From: a virus
Length of the DNA: 64,000 nucleotides
Virus record (IMG/VR): IMGVR_UViG_3300023192_003818
Span: 28,378-92,377 of that record
Strand: one strand, 5' to 3'
In this document: piece by piece, positions 10,825-19,634 of the stretch
Numbering within the stretch: position 1 is the first letter of the stretch
Layout of the letters: each line of letters begins with the position of its first letter
The notes under the pieces: generated by a model
Seen by the model: only the letters and a program-made list of their open reading frames with translations
The model's database searches: none
What the model was told of the DNA's origin: nothing
Position numbers and translations under genes: made by a program

Positions 10825-11028
10825 TTAATTTCTTTTTCTTGAAAATTCATTTGGGGAAAAAGGTTCTGCTTCTATCATACTTTTTAATTCTGCAATTATT
10901 TCTGATGTTGCTTCAATTTCTTTTCTATAAGCTGAAAGTGGTTCATTCATTGCTGGTATTCTTTCTAATCTTACCATTTTAATTTCTAATTGCTCTAATC
11001 TTTTACTTATTAAGTTTCTATTTCTCAT
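10825..11028 (-). CDS. Hypothetical coiled-coil protein
   Basis: 67 aa ORF. Confidence 0.55.
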   Translation of the reverse strand: MRNRNLISKRLEQLEIKMVRLERIPAMNEPLSAYRKEIEATSEIIAELKSMIEAEPFSPNEFSRKRN

Positions 11029-11082
11029 AACATTGTTATTATTTATAATTTGAAGTTATATAATTTATTTGGGGTCTCCAAA

Positions 11083-11511
11083 TTATTTTAAAAATTCTTT
11101 ACCTTTTTTTATGATTTTTAATAAAAAATTGCATTTTTCATATTCTTCTTCTGTTTCAAAAAATTCAATAGCTAAATTGAAATTTTGAATTACTTCTTCA
11201 TCTTCAAAACATTGATTTAAGGCATTTAAATGAGTAATATCATACAAATCAAAATTTTTAATATAAAAATATGAACGATTAAAATTTTTAAAACCCACGG
11301 ATTTTATAGATTCATCAACGTTAGTATAATATTGGTCTTTATTATGTAATAATTTTTTTAATTTATTACAAAAGGCAAAATGGTTATTTATAATTTTTGA
11401 AAATGTATATATGTTGGTTGCCATTTCATCTTCCTTACCAAATAGAACATCAAATTCTTCTTTCTCTACTTCTTCATCAAAAACTATAAATATCTTATTT
11501 TTATCCATCAT
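11083..11511 (-). CDS. Hypothetical protein with C-terminal UVR-like helix pair
   Basis: AIEFFETEEEYEKC motif; a similar motif is in 27709..28008. Confidence 0.55.
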   Translation of the reverse strand: MMDKNKIFIVFDEEVEKEEFDVLFGKEDEMATNIYTFSKIINNHFAFCNKLKKLLHNKDQYYTNVDESIKSVGFKNFNRSYFYIKNFDLYDITHLNALNQCFEDEEVIQNFNLAIEFFETEEEYEKCNFLLKIIKKGKEFLK

Positions 11512-11528
11512 TAATAAATATGGAGAAT

Positions 11529-11551
11529 AATACCCCTAAAAAAGGGGTATT
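11529..11551 (-). terminator. Hairpin downstream of the DUF932 gene, probable terminator
   Basis: AATACCCCT-AAAAA-AGGGGTATT, perfect 9-bp stem; weak U-tract. Confidence 0.5.
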
Positions 11552-11567
11552 AAATTTGTATAAATAA

Positions 11568-12449
11568 TTAGGCAACATATTCCAAAGCTAAAGTAAATAA
11601 CTCTGAATTAACTTTCATATCTTGTTTAAAATTTTTAATTTTACGTGCTTTTCTTAATTTAACACCATTTGAATATTCAAAACCACCACCAATAATTTTT
11701 TCTTGTACTCTATTAAATACTTTCCAAAGATCATTTCCTTTATCAGCTGTTCTTATTGGGAAAACTAAATCTTCAATATCAACAACAATATTATTTAATT
11801 CATCTGGTGTAAAACGACATTCAAGAGCTTTTGAAGCAAATTCTAAAATTTGGTTTTCTGATAACTCTGTTTCTCTCATTTTATTCATTGAATCAACAGT
11901 TAAAGGTAATTGTTCTACTAAAGCTTTAATTTGTTCTTGCAATACTTCAAATTCATATCCCATATGAACTATTTTAATATCTGCAAATTCTTCAGTAGAA
12001 ATAACAATCCCATTTTCACAAATCATTCTAAAAAGACCTGCTGTGAAATGGAAAGCATTTTTTCCATCATGTGAATTTGTACATAAAATTTGTGGAAAAA
12101 TTTGGTCATAACCTTCATCTTTTATGAATTGACCTTTTGAATTTCTATAACCTGTTGGAGAAGTAGAATCTTTAACAACTCCTTTAGGTAAATCATTAAT
12201 TACAACATCAGGATTTCTAAATACTACTAAATGTTTTTGGAAACCTCTTGTTCCTTCTGTTCTTGCAACAACTTCTTTTACATCAACAACATTCCAACCT
12301 AATAATTCCATATCTTTTATAACACGATCAGTTGGAATATGTGTATATTTATCTGTAACCTCAGAAGAAGGTTCAGTTGTAAAAATACTTGGGGCTAAAT
12401 CTCTAATTTTAGCCATACTTAAAAAATCATTTTTACTTAAATCTAACAT
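11568..12449 (-). CDS. DUF932/DUF945 family protein
   Basis: APSIF..EPS..V.DKYTHIPT..VI..M...GW; NSHDG..AF.F.AGLFR.ICENG; DLWKVFNRVQE. Confidence 0.8.
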   Translation of the reverse strand: MLDLSKNDFLSMAKIRDLAPSIFTTEPSSEVTDKYTHIPTDRVIKDMELLGWNVVDVKEVVARTEGTRGFQKHLVVFRNPDVVINDLPKGVVKDSTSPTGYRNSKGQFIKDEGYDQIFPQILCTNSHDGKNAFHFTAGLFRMICENGIVISTEEFADIKIVHMGYEFEVLQEQIKALVEQLPLTVDSMNKMRETELSENQILEFASKALECRFTPDELNNIVVDIEDLVFPIRTADKGNDLWKVFNRVQEKIIGGGFEYSNGVKLRKARKIKNFKQDMKVNSELFTLALEYVA

Positions 12450-12486
12450 AACTTTTATTTATTTAATTATTAATCTATCTTACGTC

Positions 12487-12534
12487 CCGTAAGATACGAA
12501 AGCTTCCTGTGGACTCCAAGTCTTTTTGCATAAG
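12487..12534 (-). promoter_or_regulatory. Repeated Bacteroidota-type promoter motif (copy 1)
   Basis: Minus strand CTTGG-N-TTCGTATCTTACG, about 40 nt upstream of the DUF932 start. Confidence 0.7.
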
Positions 12535-12541
12535 TTTTCAA

Positions 12542-12706
12542 TTATTTTTGTACTAAACCAAAGGCGCTTGAGATTTCATTTATAAATTCATCCAATTCTT
12601 CATCATTTAAGTGTTTAAAGGTAGTGGCTCTTAATCTATCGATTACTTTACGGGCTTCTTTATAACCTTTCCCGGCATTTATATTGTTAAAAGTTGAATT
12701 TCCCAT
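12542..12706 (-). CDS. Small hypothetical protein (54 aa)
   Basis: Hand-translated MGNSTFNNINAGKGYKEARKVIDRLR...; ATATTTATA motif directly upstream. Confidence 0.5.
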   Translation of the reverse strand: MGNSTFNNINAGKGYKEARKVIDRLRATTFKHLNDEELDEFINEISSAFGLVQK

Positions 12707-12813
12707 TTTATTTATAAATATTAAATATCTTTTTTACAAATTGAACATTTACCATTTTTTACTAATGTCATGGTGCAACATTTTTTACAAAATTTAAATT
12801 TGCTCATAATTTA

Positions 12814-13602
12814 TTAAATTTGTTCGTAACTATAAAATACACTATCTTGATAAAATGAAAAACACAACTTAAAATCTTTATCACAATCTCTATTTTTACT
12901 AAATTGTAATGTTCTTTCTGTTTTATCTTTATTTACTTCCACGTGACACATTGCATCGGTCATATGTTTTAATCTATTTGAACCTGAAAATTCCCCACCT
13001 TTTGTGACTTGTTGAATGTTAATAAAAGTAGTATAATAATCTCCTTTATTTTTTCCACCTTTAACTTTATCTTGAAGGCTTAAAAACCAAGATTCTGCAA
13101 CTCCCATTGGTACTTTGTAAGTATCTTTATACATTCCTAAAACTTCGGCAATGCTATCAATTACTATTACATCATAACCATCATTAAAAATATATTCAAT
13201 TACTTCTTTTACATTTTCTCTATGATGTTTTAAAAATAAGGTTTCAACACATTTAAATTTGGGCATTCTTTTACAATATTTGTAAAAACCAATTTCATCC
13301 ATCTCTCCACTTACAAATAAACATTTGTAACCTTTTTTAGTTAATGAAGAAACAATATCTAATGCAATTGTAGTTTTCCCACTTCCCGGACCACCTACTA
13401 ATAACATATTTGTGGCAGGCATTAATCCACCTTCTGTAGACAAAATAATATCAATCTCTCTACTTGTTTTAAGAGGGATAAATATACTTTTATCAAATGA
13501 TAATTCTGATGCTCTTATTAGTTTAATTGAAGAAGGGTTAAATTTTTTAGTAATAATTACTTTTTTTGGGCGACCTCTACCTCTTTTTTTAACTATTGAC
13601 AT
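12814..13602 (-). CDS. RadA/Sms-like RecA-fold ATPase with N-terminal AT-hook
   Basis: Walker A GGPGSGKT, VSGEM, Walker B VIVIDS, GSNRLKHMTDA, SKNR; N-terminal KKRGRGRPKK. Confidence 0.75.
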   Translation of the reverse strand: MSIVKKRGRGRPKKVIITKKFNPSSIKLIRASELSFDKSIFIPLKTSREIDIILSTEGGLMPATNMLLVGGPGSGKTTIALDIVSSLTKKGYKCLFVSGEMDEIGFYKYCKRMPKFKCVETLFLKHHRENVKEVIEYIFNDGYDVIVIDSIAEVLGMYKDTYKVPMGVAESWFLSLQDKVKGGKNKGDYYTTFINIQQVTKGGEFSGSNRLKHMTDAMCHVEVNKDKTERTLQFSKNRDCDKDFKLCFSFYQDSVFYSYEQI

Positions 13603-13632
13603 AACCTTTATTGTATTTTAATTATTAATATA

Positions 13633-13681
13633 ACGTGAATATACGCAATATATTTCAGGTATCCTAGTTTTTCCGCATAAG
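13633..13681 (-). promoter_or_regulatory. Repeated promoter motif (copy 2)
   Basis: Minus strand CTAGG...TGCGTATATTCACG upstream of the RadA-like gene. Confidence 0.7.
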
Positions 13682-13731
13682 TTTTTAAAAATTATTTGGA
13701 ATATTTATATATTAATTGTATATTATGTCAT

Positions 13732-14178
13732 ATGAAATTATTTCAATGTTTCAAACGAAAAAAAATAGAATGGATTAAACCTGTCCCATTAATAATACCT
13801 TTTGAAGTAACTGAAGATACATTGTATTTAATAGATTTAATAAATGAATATAGAAATGAAAATAATTTAAATGTTTTACCTTTAAATAATTATTTAATGT
13901 CTTTATCTAAACATAGAACAAATTATTATTTAGAAAAAAACATAAAAGATGGAAACTTACATGCAGGTTTATTAGCCCATACGGAAAAATATTTGGAATC
14001 CCAGTTTAGTAAAATAGGGGAAATTACTATGTATAAATACAGTGATGCTTTTAATAAATTTATGCAAAGCAAACCTCACAATAAATCAATATTGGGAAAT
14101 TGGGATGAAATAGGGGGTTCTATCCAATTTAATAAATATAATCACCCCTATTATAATATAACATTTGGTAAAATATAA
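13732..14178 (+). CDS. CAP/SCP domain protein
   Basis: LIDLINEYRNENNL..L..N..L, H, GEI, FMQSKPHNKSILGNW..IG. ATG at 13732 is preferred over the TTG at 13696. Confidence 0.7.
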   Translation: MKLFQCFKRKKIEWIKPVPLIIPFEVTEDTLYLIDLINEYRNENNLNVLPLNNYLMSLSKHRTNYYLEKNIKDGNLHAGLLAHTEKYLESQFSKIGEITMYKYSDAFNKFMQSKPHNKSILGNWDEIGGSIQFNKYNHPYYNITFGKI

Positions 14179-14181
14179 AAA

Positions 14182-14376
14182 ATGGAAGAATTAACATTAA
14201 TTGAACAAGCTTTAGATAAAGCCACATTAAAGGGATCGTATAATTTAAAAGAAGCCACACTTGTGGGAAATAATTTTTATGGAATTATAAATTTATTTGA
14301 AACAATGAAACAGGATGATTTAGATAAAACCGAAAAAATCATCTCATTAGAAAATAAACTTAAAAAAAAATCATAG
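14182..14376 (+). CDS. Hypothetical protein
   Basis: 64 aa ORF. Confidence 0.5.
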   Translation: MEELTLIEQALDKATLKGSYNLKEATLVGNNFYGIINLFETMKQDDLDKTEKIISLENKLKKKS

Positions 14377-14523
14377 AAAATGTTAAAAAAAATAGGAAGT
14401 ATTGAGAACCTACAACACTCATATAGAGTAATTTGATAAATCAACTGATGGAATCCTCCCTAATGGAGATTTTCAAGACGAGGTGTTTAAAATAAAAGAG
14501 AATATTTGTATAAAAGAGGTTAT

Positions 14524-15159
14524 ATGAAATATGCATTTTTAGTTCCAATATACAACCATATTAGTGGTAGGTTATTCAAACGTTTTTTGAATTTACAAGA
14601 ATGGTGCCCACAATTAGATGGTAAAATTTATACCGTAGTAGGTAGAACACATGTAGATGCACGAAATTGGTTATGTACTAATGGGGGAGGTTTTTATAAT
14701 CCTCTAAGTTTAATCAATAAAGTAGATTATTTAATATGGATTGATGCAGATCAAGACTTTAATTATACTGAGTTAAATACATTATTAAAATATGATTCAC
14801 AATTTTGTGCAGGATGGTATGTAAAAGATTTAAGTGGTATTGGGATGATAGCAGATTGGGATGAACATAATTTTAAGAAAACGGGCACAATGAAATTTTG
14901 GCATAGTGATGATATAGTTAAACAAAAAAAACCATTTAAAGTAGATTATTGTGGGTTTGGTTTTACTAAAGTATCTACTAATATATTAAAAGAAATGGAA
15001 TATCCATATTTTAGACAGAGAGTAGTTGAAATAGGAAAATATAAAGAAAATGTATCAGAAGATGCTACATTTTGTTTAGACGTAAAAGATAAATTAGGTA
15101 TAAAACCAACAATATTACCAGAATTAAGAATTAGACATTTAAAGGAATTATATGTTTAA
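14524..15159 (+). CDS. GT-A fold glycosyltransferase-like protein
   Basis: DYLIWIDADQ (DxD), FCAGWY, YCGFGFTKV, SEDATFC. ATG at 14524. Confidence 0.7.
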   Translation: MKYAFLVPIYNHISGRLFKRFLNLQEWCPQLDGKIYTVVGRTHVDARNWLCTNGGGFYNPLSLINKVDYLIWIDADQDFNYTELNTLLKYDSQFCAGWYVKDLSGIGMIADWDEHNFKKTGTMKFWHSDDIVKQKKPFKVDYCGFGFTKVSTNILKEMEYPYFRQRVVEIGKYKENVSEDATFCLDVKDKLGIKPTILPELRIRHLKELYV

Positions 15160-15273
15160 TATATAGAAACTATGGAAGTGTGGTAAGAATAAATAAAATA
15201 TGGTAGTAAAAGAGATCAATTAAGTTTTGATTATATGGTTTGGAAGAGTAATTTTAAATTTAAATATATATAA
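15160..15273 (+). pseudogene. C-terminal relic of a DUF616-like glycosyltransferase with two TAA stops
   Basis: Translates YIETMEVW*E*IKYGSKRDQLSFDYMVWKSNFKFKYI*; RDQLSF is the DUF616/MUCI70 motif. Confidence 0.6.
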
Positions 15274-15291
15274 TTATTAAAAATTAATAAC

Positions 15292-15633
15292 ATGAAAAAA
15301 TTTTATAGAAGTAGTAAAAATTCAAAAATAGGTGGGGTTTGTGAAGGATTAGCTAAACTCACAAACACAGATCCTATTTTTTGGAGGGTAGTTTTTATTG
15401 CCTTCTTATTTACAATTATTCCTGCATTTTTAATTTATATATTATTATGGATTGCTATTCCTTTAAAAATAGATGAAAATGAAGAAATACCCATAATCTT
15501 AAAAGATATAAAAGAAGAAAATATAAAATTTGAAATAGAAGAACTTCAATATAAGTTAGATAATGATTATAATGCAATTGAAGTAATTAATGAATTAAAA
15601 TCTCAAATAAGGGCATTAAATAAAAAATTATGA
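15292..15633 (+). CDS. PspC domain protein
   Basis: KKFYRSSKNSKIGGVCEGLAKLTNTDPIFWRVVF...YILLWIAIP. Confidence 0.85.
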   Translation: MKKFYRSSKNSKIGGVCEGLAKLTNTDPIFWRVVFIAFLFTIIPAFLIYILLWIAIPLKIDENEEIPIILKDIKEENIKFEIEELQYKLDNDYNAIEVINELKSQIRALNKKL

Positions 15634-15894
15634 AATGCCCTCATTCAATCTTAACAAAGATAAATCATTGGTGGTTTAACCTTAAATGTGGGGGCTGCAA
15701 TAAAAGATTTAGAAAACTCCCCAAAGGAAATTGGGGAACAATGGAATTAATTAAAAAAGAAACTAAACGAAAATAAGTTAGAAACATTAATATGTATATA
15801 ATTTGTATTTCCATCACACACCCCACCAAAAATAATCCGTATATATAGGTTAGGTATGATAATATATATTTAAATAATAAGTTAAAATTCACAT

Positions 15895-16107
15895 ATGAAA
15901 ACTAAAATACTAACCGCTGAATATAAATTAATTAGAGAAGGGGAACATACAAAAATGGAGATAATAAAACCCTTATTAAATGTAGTTGAAGATTTTATAA
16001 AAGATTTACCATCTTCAGACAATGTTACCCAAATAACAGTACATAATGATCAATGTTTAATATTATATAAAAAACGATTAATACAGACCGGATTTTTGAG
16101 AAAATGA
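15895..16107 (+). CDS. Hypothetical protein
   Basis: 70 aa ORF. Confidence 0.45.
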   Translation: MKTKILTAEYKLIREGEHTKMEIIKPLLNVVEDFIKDLPSSDNVTQITVHNDQCLILYKKRLIQTGFLRK

Positions 16108-16144
16108 GATATATCTTTCTTTAATGAATTTAAATCTTAACATT

Positions 16145-16315
16145 ATGAAAAATTCAACAACAAAATTACATTTAGAAGAACTTGCAATGCTAGAAAATGC
16201 ACACAATACTATCACTAATCTATTTGATATGGGATACTCTTATGATTCATCTATTGACATCATTGCAGACCTTGAAACAGACATTGAGGATCTGTATTTC
16301 ACTATCTACTTTTAA
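16145..16315 (+). CDS. MKNSTTK-leader small protein 1
   Basis: Shares its leader DNA with two downstream ORFs; the start may alternatively be 16124. Confidence 0.55.
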   Translation: MKNSTTKLHLEELAMLENAHNTITNLFDMGYSYDSSIDIIADLETDIEDLYFTIYF

Positions 16316-16322
16316 ATTAAAT

Positions 16323-16371
16323 AATAAATGAATTTAAATTTTAATGTTATGAAAAATTCAACAACAAAATT
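16323..16371 (+). repeat. 49-nt leader repeat, identical copy at 16606..16654, diverged copy at ~16124..16167
   Basis: AATAAATGAATTTAAATTTTAATGTTATGAAAAATTCAACAACAAAATT read directly at both sites. Confidence 0.9.
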
Positions 16372-16570
16372 ATGTGTATATGAATCACCCCAAGGTTGGT
16401 ACTTTGCAGAATCATTCTGGGACTACTGGGCAGAAGAATTTGCACCTGAAGTAGAGCATGAATTAACAGACTGTATTTACTATTCTACAAAAAAGTTAGC
16501 TTTACTTGCTTTAAAATTATTTAAGCAACAAAATATAAGTCTTATCGACGAATCAGACTTACCTTTTTAA
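16349..16570 (+). CDS. MKNSTTK-leader small protein 2
   Basis: Same leader, unrelated body; alternative start 16328. Confidence 0.55.
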   Translation: MKNSTTKLCVYESPQGWYFAESFWDYWAEEFAPEVEHELTDCIYYSTKKLALLALKLFKQQNISLIDESDLPF

Positions 16571-16574
16571 TCTT

Positions 16575-16597
16575 AAAGGGGACTTTGTCCCCTTTTT
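16575..16597 (+). terminator. Rho-independent terminator
   Basis: AAAGGGGAC-TTT-GTCCCCTTTTT. Confidence 0.75.
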
Positions 16598-16631
16598 AAT
16601 TAAACAATAAATGAATTTAAATTTTAATGTT

Positions 16632-16847
16632 ATGAAAAATTCAACAACAAAATTTAGTGTATTGAAAACAATCGATGAACCCATTAAAGAAGGTGATTGG
16701 TATTTATACAACTCTAATAATGATTCTAAAAAAACTAAATGGGTATTACTTAAAGCTAAAAAAGTACTTAATGATGGGTTATATGAATATATTGATACCC
16801 ATGTACATATTTGGTGTAAAAAAATACTAACAACTAATAAATCTTAA
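16632..16847 (+). CDS. MKNSTTK-leader small protein 3
   Basis: Same leader, unrelated body; alternative start 16611. Confidence 0.55.
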   Translation: MKNSTTKFSVLKTIDEPIKEGDWYLYNSNNDSKKTKWVLLKAKKVLNDGLYEYIDTHVHIWCKKILTTNKS

Positions 16848-16851
16848 TGTT

Positions 16852-17055
16852 ATGGAAAATTTAAAAAATTTAAAAGCTCATAAATTATTACAAATGATTA
16901 AAGATTCTCTTAATTCTCTAAAATATGGTGATAATTTAATTATAATAGTTACACAATCCGGTGGTACGATAGATGTAAATGGGGATTGGGTTGTGACTCC
17001 TTCGATTGAATATAATGCCGAATTTGAAATTCAATGTATTAGACCTGAGGGTTAA
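16852..17055 (+). CDS. Hypothetical protein with partial leader
   Basis: Preceded by AAATCTTAATGTTATG, a partial copy of the leader; the frame stays open after its TAA. Confidence 0.5.
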   Translation: MENLKNLKAHKLLQMIKDSLNSLKYGDNLIIIVTQSGGTIDVNGDWVVTPSIEYNAEFEIQCIRPEG

Positions 17056-17672
17056 AAACAGTTTACTATTAATACTAAAAAACAAGCTTTACTTGCTTTA
17101 AAAATATTTACTAATCAATCTTCTCCTTATTGGTTGGGAGAACAGGAAATAATATATAAATATATAGATGTATATTACAAAAGAATCTTCCGAATTTCTT
17201 CTTTCAATATTACCTGAATGGACCACAAAAGATGTTAAAGGGGTAAGTAATACTTTTTATGGGACTGGTAGTCAAGAAGGGGATAATTAATAGAAATTAA
17301 TGAAATATTTTATGGAAAATCAAGATGAAAAGAATTTTTTAAAAGGAATGATTTTAATTTTATTAATAATATTTGGGTGGTGGATAATACATGAATTATT
17401 TTCATTGTTTGTTTAAGATTATGATATAAGTATATAGGGGGGGGGAGGGTCGTAAAGATCGTTTTTGATTCACTAATTGGTACACATCTTTTTTTTCATA
17501 TATCCACTGTATATGGATACCAACGCACATGGGATATAGTACATAATGACATAGTTATATATACGGGCGTATATCGCATGAAGTATACGGGTTGGACATA
17601 ATTACTTGGGTTTACCATCCAACCAAAATCTATATTCTTTATAACACTCTTTTATTCCACACATACCTTTAT

Positions 17673-17861
17673 TTATTTGATTTTAATTAACCAACCCCAT
17701 TTTATACCATTTGTTACTCTGTTTTTAATAGTAGAATAATCCTGGATCTCTTCACAGTATTTAAAATCACTTAATATTTGTTCTTGCCTTTGAATATTAA
17801 GATTCCACTCATCTTTTATTACAATTTGATAGGTTACACCTCCATATTCGTAAGTAGTCAT
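17673..17861 (-). CDS. Hypothetical protein
   Basis: 62 aa ORF, last gene before the strand switch. Confidence 0.5.
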   Translation of the reverse strand: MTTYEYGGVTYQIVIKDEWNLNIQRQEQILSDFKYCEEIQDYSTIKNRVTNGIKWGWLIKIK

Positions 17862-17900
17862 ATATTTATTTGTTAATTAATGTATAAATTAAATAAATCT

Positions 17901-18239
17901 CTATGTAATTTCTAAAGTAAACATTCCAGTGCCTCTTAAATATAATGTTGTGCCGGCTATAGATGTGGATGGTGTGTAGGTAAAGGAACTATCACCTTTA
18001 GGTACAACTACACTAGAGATATAAGATGAGGTAATTAAACTCATTGAAGATGGAACTATATAAGTACCTGCACAGTTAGTAGGAGAGTTACTATCATAAA
18101 AACCACTTGATGTTCTGACTGTTTCCATTGTGAAATAAGAAGAACCTGAGGGATTAGTGAAAGTAAAGGTTTTGGAGCCATTTAAATTTTCACTTATAGA
18201 ACCTGATCCGTATAGTTGGGTTGATGTATATGTTGCCAT
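17901..18239 (-). CDS. Ser/Thr/Gly-rich hypothetical protein, possibly virion-associated
   Basis: 112 aa, beta-rich composition. Confidence 0.55.
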   Translation of the reverse strand: MATYTSTQLYGSGSISENLNGSKTFTFTNPSGSSYFTMETVRTSSGFYDSNSPTNCAGTYIVPSSMSLITSSYISSVVVPKGDSSFTYTPSTSIAGTTLYLRGTGMFTLEIT

Positions 18240-18269
18240 TTATTTTTTATTGTTCCGCTTCTCCATTCA

Positions 18270-18728
18270 TTAAAAATAATAATCATCTGATACTATATCA
18301 ATATGGTCTCTTATCATAGCATCTAAATATAAATTAACATCACTAGCAGACATTGCTTTTATCATAGATGTAATAATATAATCATCATCATCAATAGCAT
18401 CTCTAAGTCTATCTAATTTATCCCATGCTTTTTCATCTAATGTTTCACCCATTATTTTCTTTTGCTTAACTGCAGGTCCTGATCCACAACTTTCTTCAAC
18501 ATCTAACGGAAAAGTGTCTGGATCGAGTAAAATATTGGGTTGATTGCGAATAACACCACCTCCCACTATTTCTTCAATAACATTAGCTAATTCATCACCA
18601 CCTATATTGCCGTTTCTGTATTGGTCTAAGTGCATTTTTATTTCATCTGCATTAACTTCTACAAATTCATCTTCTTCATTTAATAAACTGCCTTCTGTTA
18701 AATACTTTCTTAAATCGAAATTGTTCAT
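18270..18728 (-). CDS. Acidic hypothetical protein, possible head-internal protein
   Basis: Likely start MNNFDLRKYLTEG at 18728, with the ATATTTATA motif upstream; the track start at 18791 is TTG. Confidence 0.6.
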   Translation of the reverse strand: MNNFDLRKYLTEGSLLNEEDEFVEVNADEIKMHLDQYRNGNIGGDELANVIEEIVGGGVIRNQPNILLDPDTFPLDVEESCGSGPAVKQKKIMGETLDEKAWDKLDRLRDAIDDDDYIITSMIKAMSASDVNLYLDAMIRDHIDIVSDDYYF

Positions 18729-18807
18729 TTTATTATGTTTCAGTTGTTGCATATAAATATACGATCTCCTTCTAAGATTTAACAATAACAAATATAACTA
18801 TAAACTC

Positions 18808-18880
18808 GTGCGGGAGGGGGACTCGAACCCCCGACCTAGAGCTTATGAGGCTCTCGAGATACCATCTTCTCCACCCCGCA
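18808..18880 (-). tRNA. tRNA with CAT anticodon (Met, initiator-like body)
   Basis: TGCGGGG acceptor arm, D-arm GAGA/TCTC, anticodon arm AGAGC-CTCATAA-GCTCT, T-arm GGGGG-TTCGAGT-CCCCC; no encoded CCA. Confidence 0.9.
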
Positions 18881-18883
18881 TAT

Positions 18884-19078
18884 TCAATTACATATTTTTT
18901 CTTGAAATTCTTTATTATCAAGTAATAGTTTCCATACATCACTATAAGCTCGGGCTTGGGCTAACTTACAAATTCTATCATATAAATTTTCCTCAATTTT
19001 AGGCATTTCATCATGCTCCTTGAGAAATTTTACAGCCCTATTCATTATTATTTCATGAATTGTTTCTAATTCAGACAT
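18884..19078 (-). CDS. Hypothetical protein
   Basis: 64 aa ORF directly upstream of the tRNA. Confidence 0.5.
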   Translation of the reverse strand: MSELETIHEIIMNRAVKFLKEHDEMPKIEENLYDRICKLAQARAYSDVWKLLLDNKEFQEKICN

Positions 19079-19261
19079 ATTTTTATTTTATTAATTAATT
19101 TTATAATAATCCTTTACTTCTCGTAATTCTTTTTCTAAATCTTTAGTATTTTTATCCCTGTTTTTTTTATAAATTATAATCTCTCTTAATGTATTAATAT
19201 ATAAATTAATGTGGTATTTACTTGCTTTAGGTTTAAATTTTGGTTTCACAATATTTTAATT

Positions 19262-19609
19262 CTACTTGAAGGCAATCCTTAACATTGAAGGTGGAGCACT
19301 AATTATTGTTTTTCCGTTTTGGACCTTAATTTTTTTATTATTTATTTTAATGACATTAAATACTTGACCATTATTATACTTTTTATGATCAATAGTAACC
19401 ATATCCCCTACAGTAAAATCACTTATAGTTGGTAAGTTTTTTCCAAATTCTGCAGCTCCTTCACGGGCTGTGATTTTTACTCGAAATCCTTCATCATCAT
19501 ACGTAATTGCTCCCAAAGACATATTAATTCCATGTTTGTTCTCTAGTGCCTGTACAGCTTCAGTGAAATCTTTTCTAAATTCTGTAAAACCTTGTTGGTT
19601 GTAATTCAT
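19262..19609 (-). CDS. Hypothetical protein, possible C-terminal SH3/KOW-like domain
   Basis: 115 aa; follows the promoter copy at 19635. Confidence 0.65.
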   Translation of the reverse strand: MNYNQQGFTEFRKDFTEAVQALENKHGINMSLGAITYDDEGFRVKITAREGAAEFGKNLPTISDFTVGDMVTIDHKKYNNGQVFNVIKINNKKIKVQNGKTIISAPPSMLRIAFK

Positions 19610-19634
19610 AAGACCTTTATTTATTTTAATTATA

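Noticed and set aside
18729-18791. Track start at TTG 18791 (also TTG starts at 13696 and 14506)
   Set aside because: Downstream ATGs with better context exist; the extensions look non-coding.
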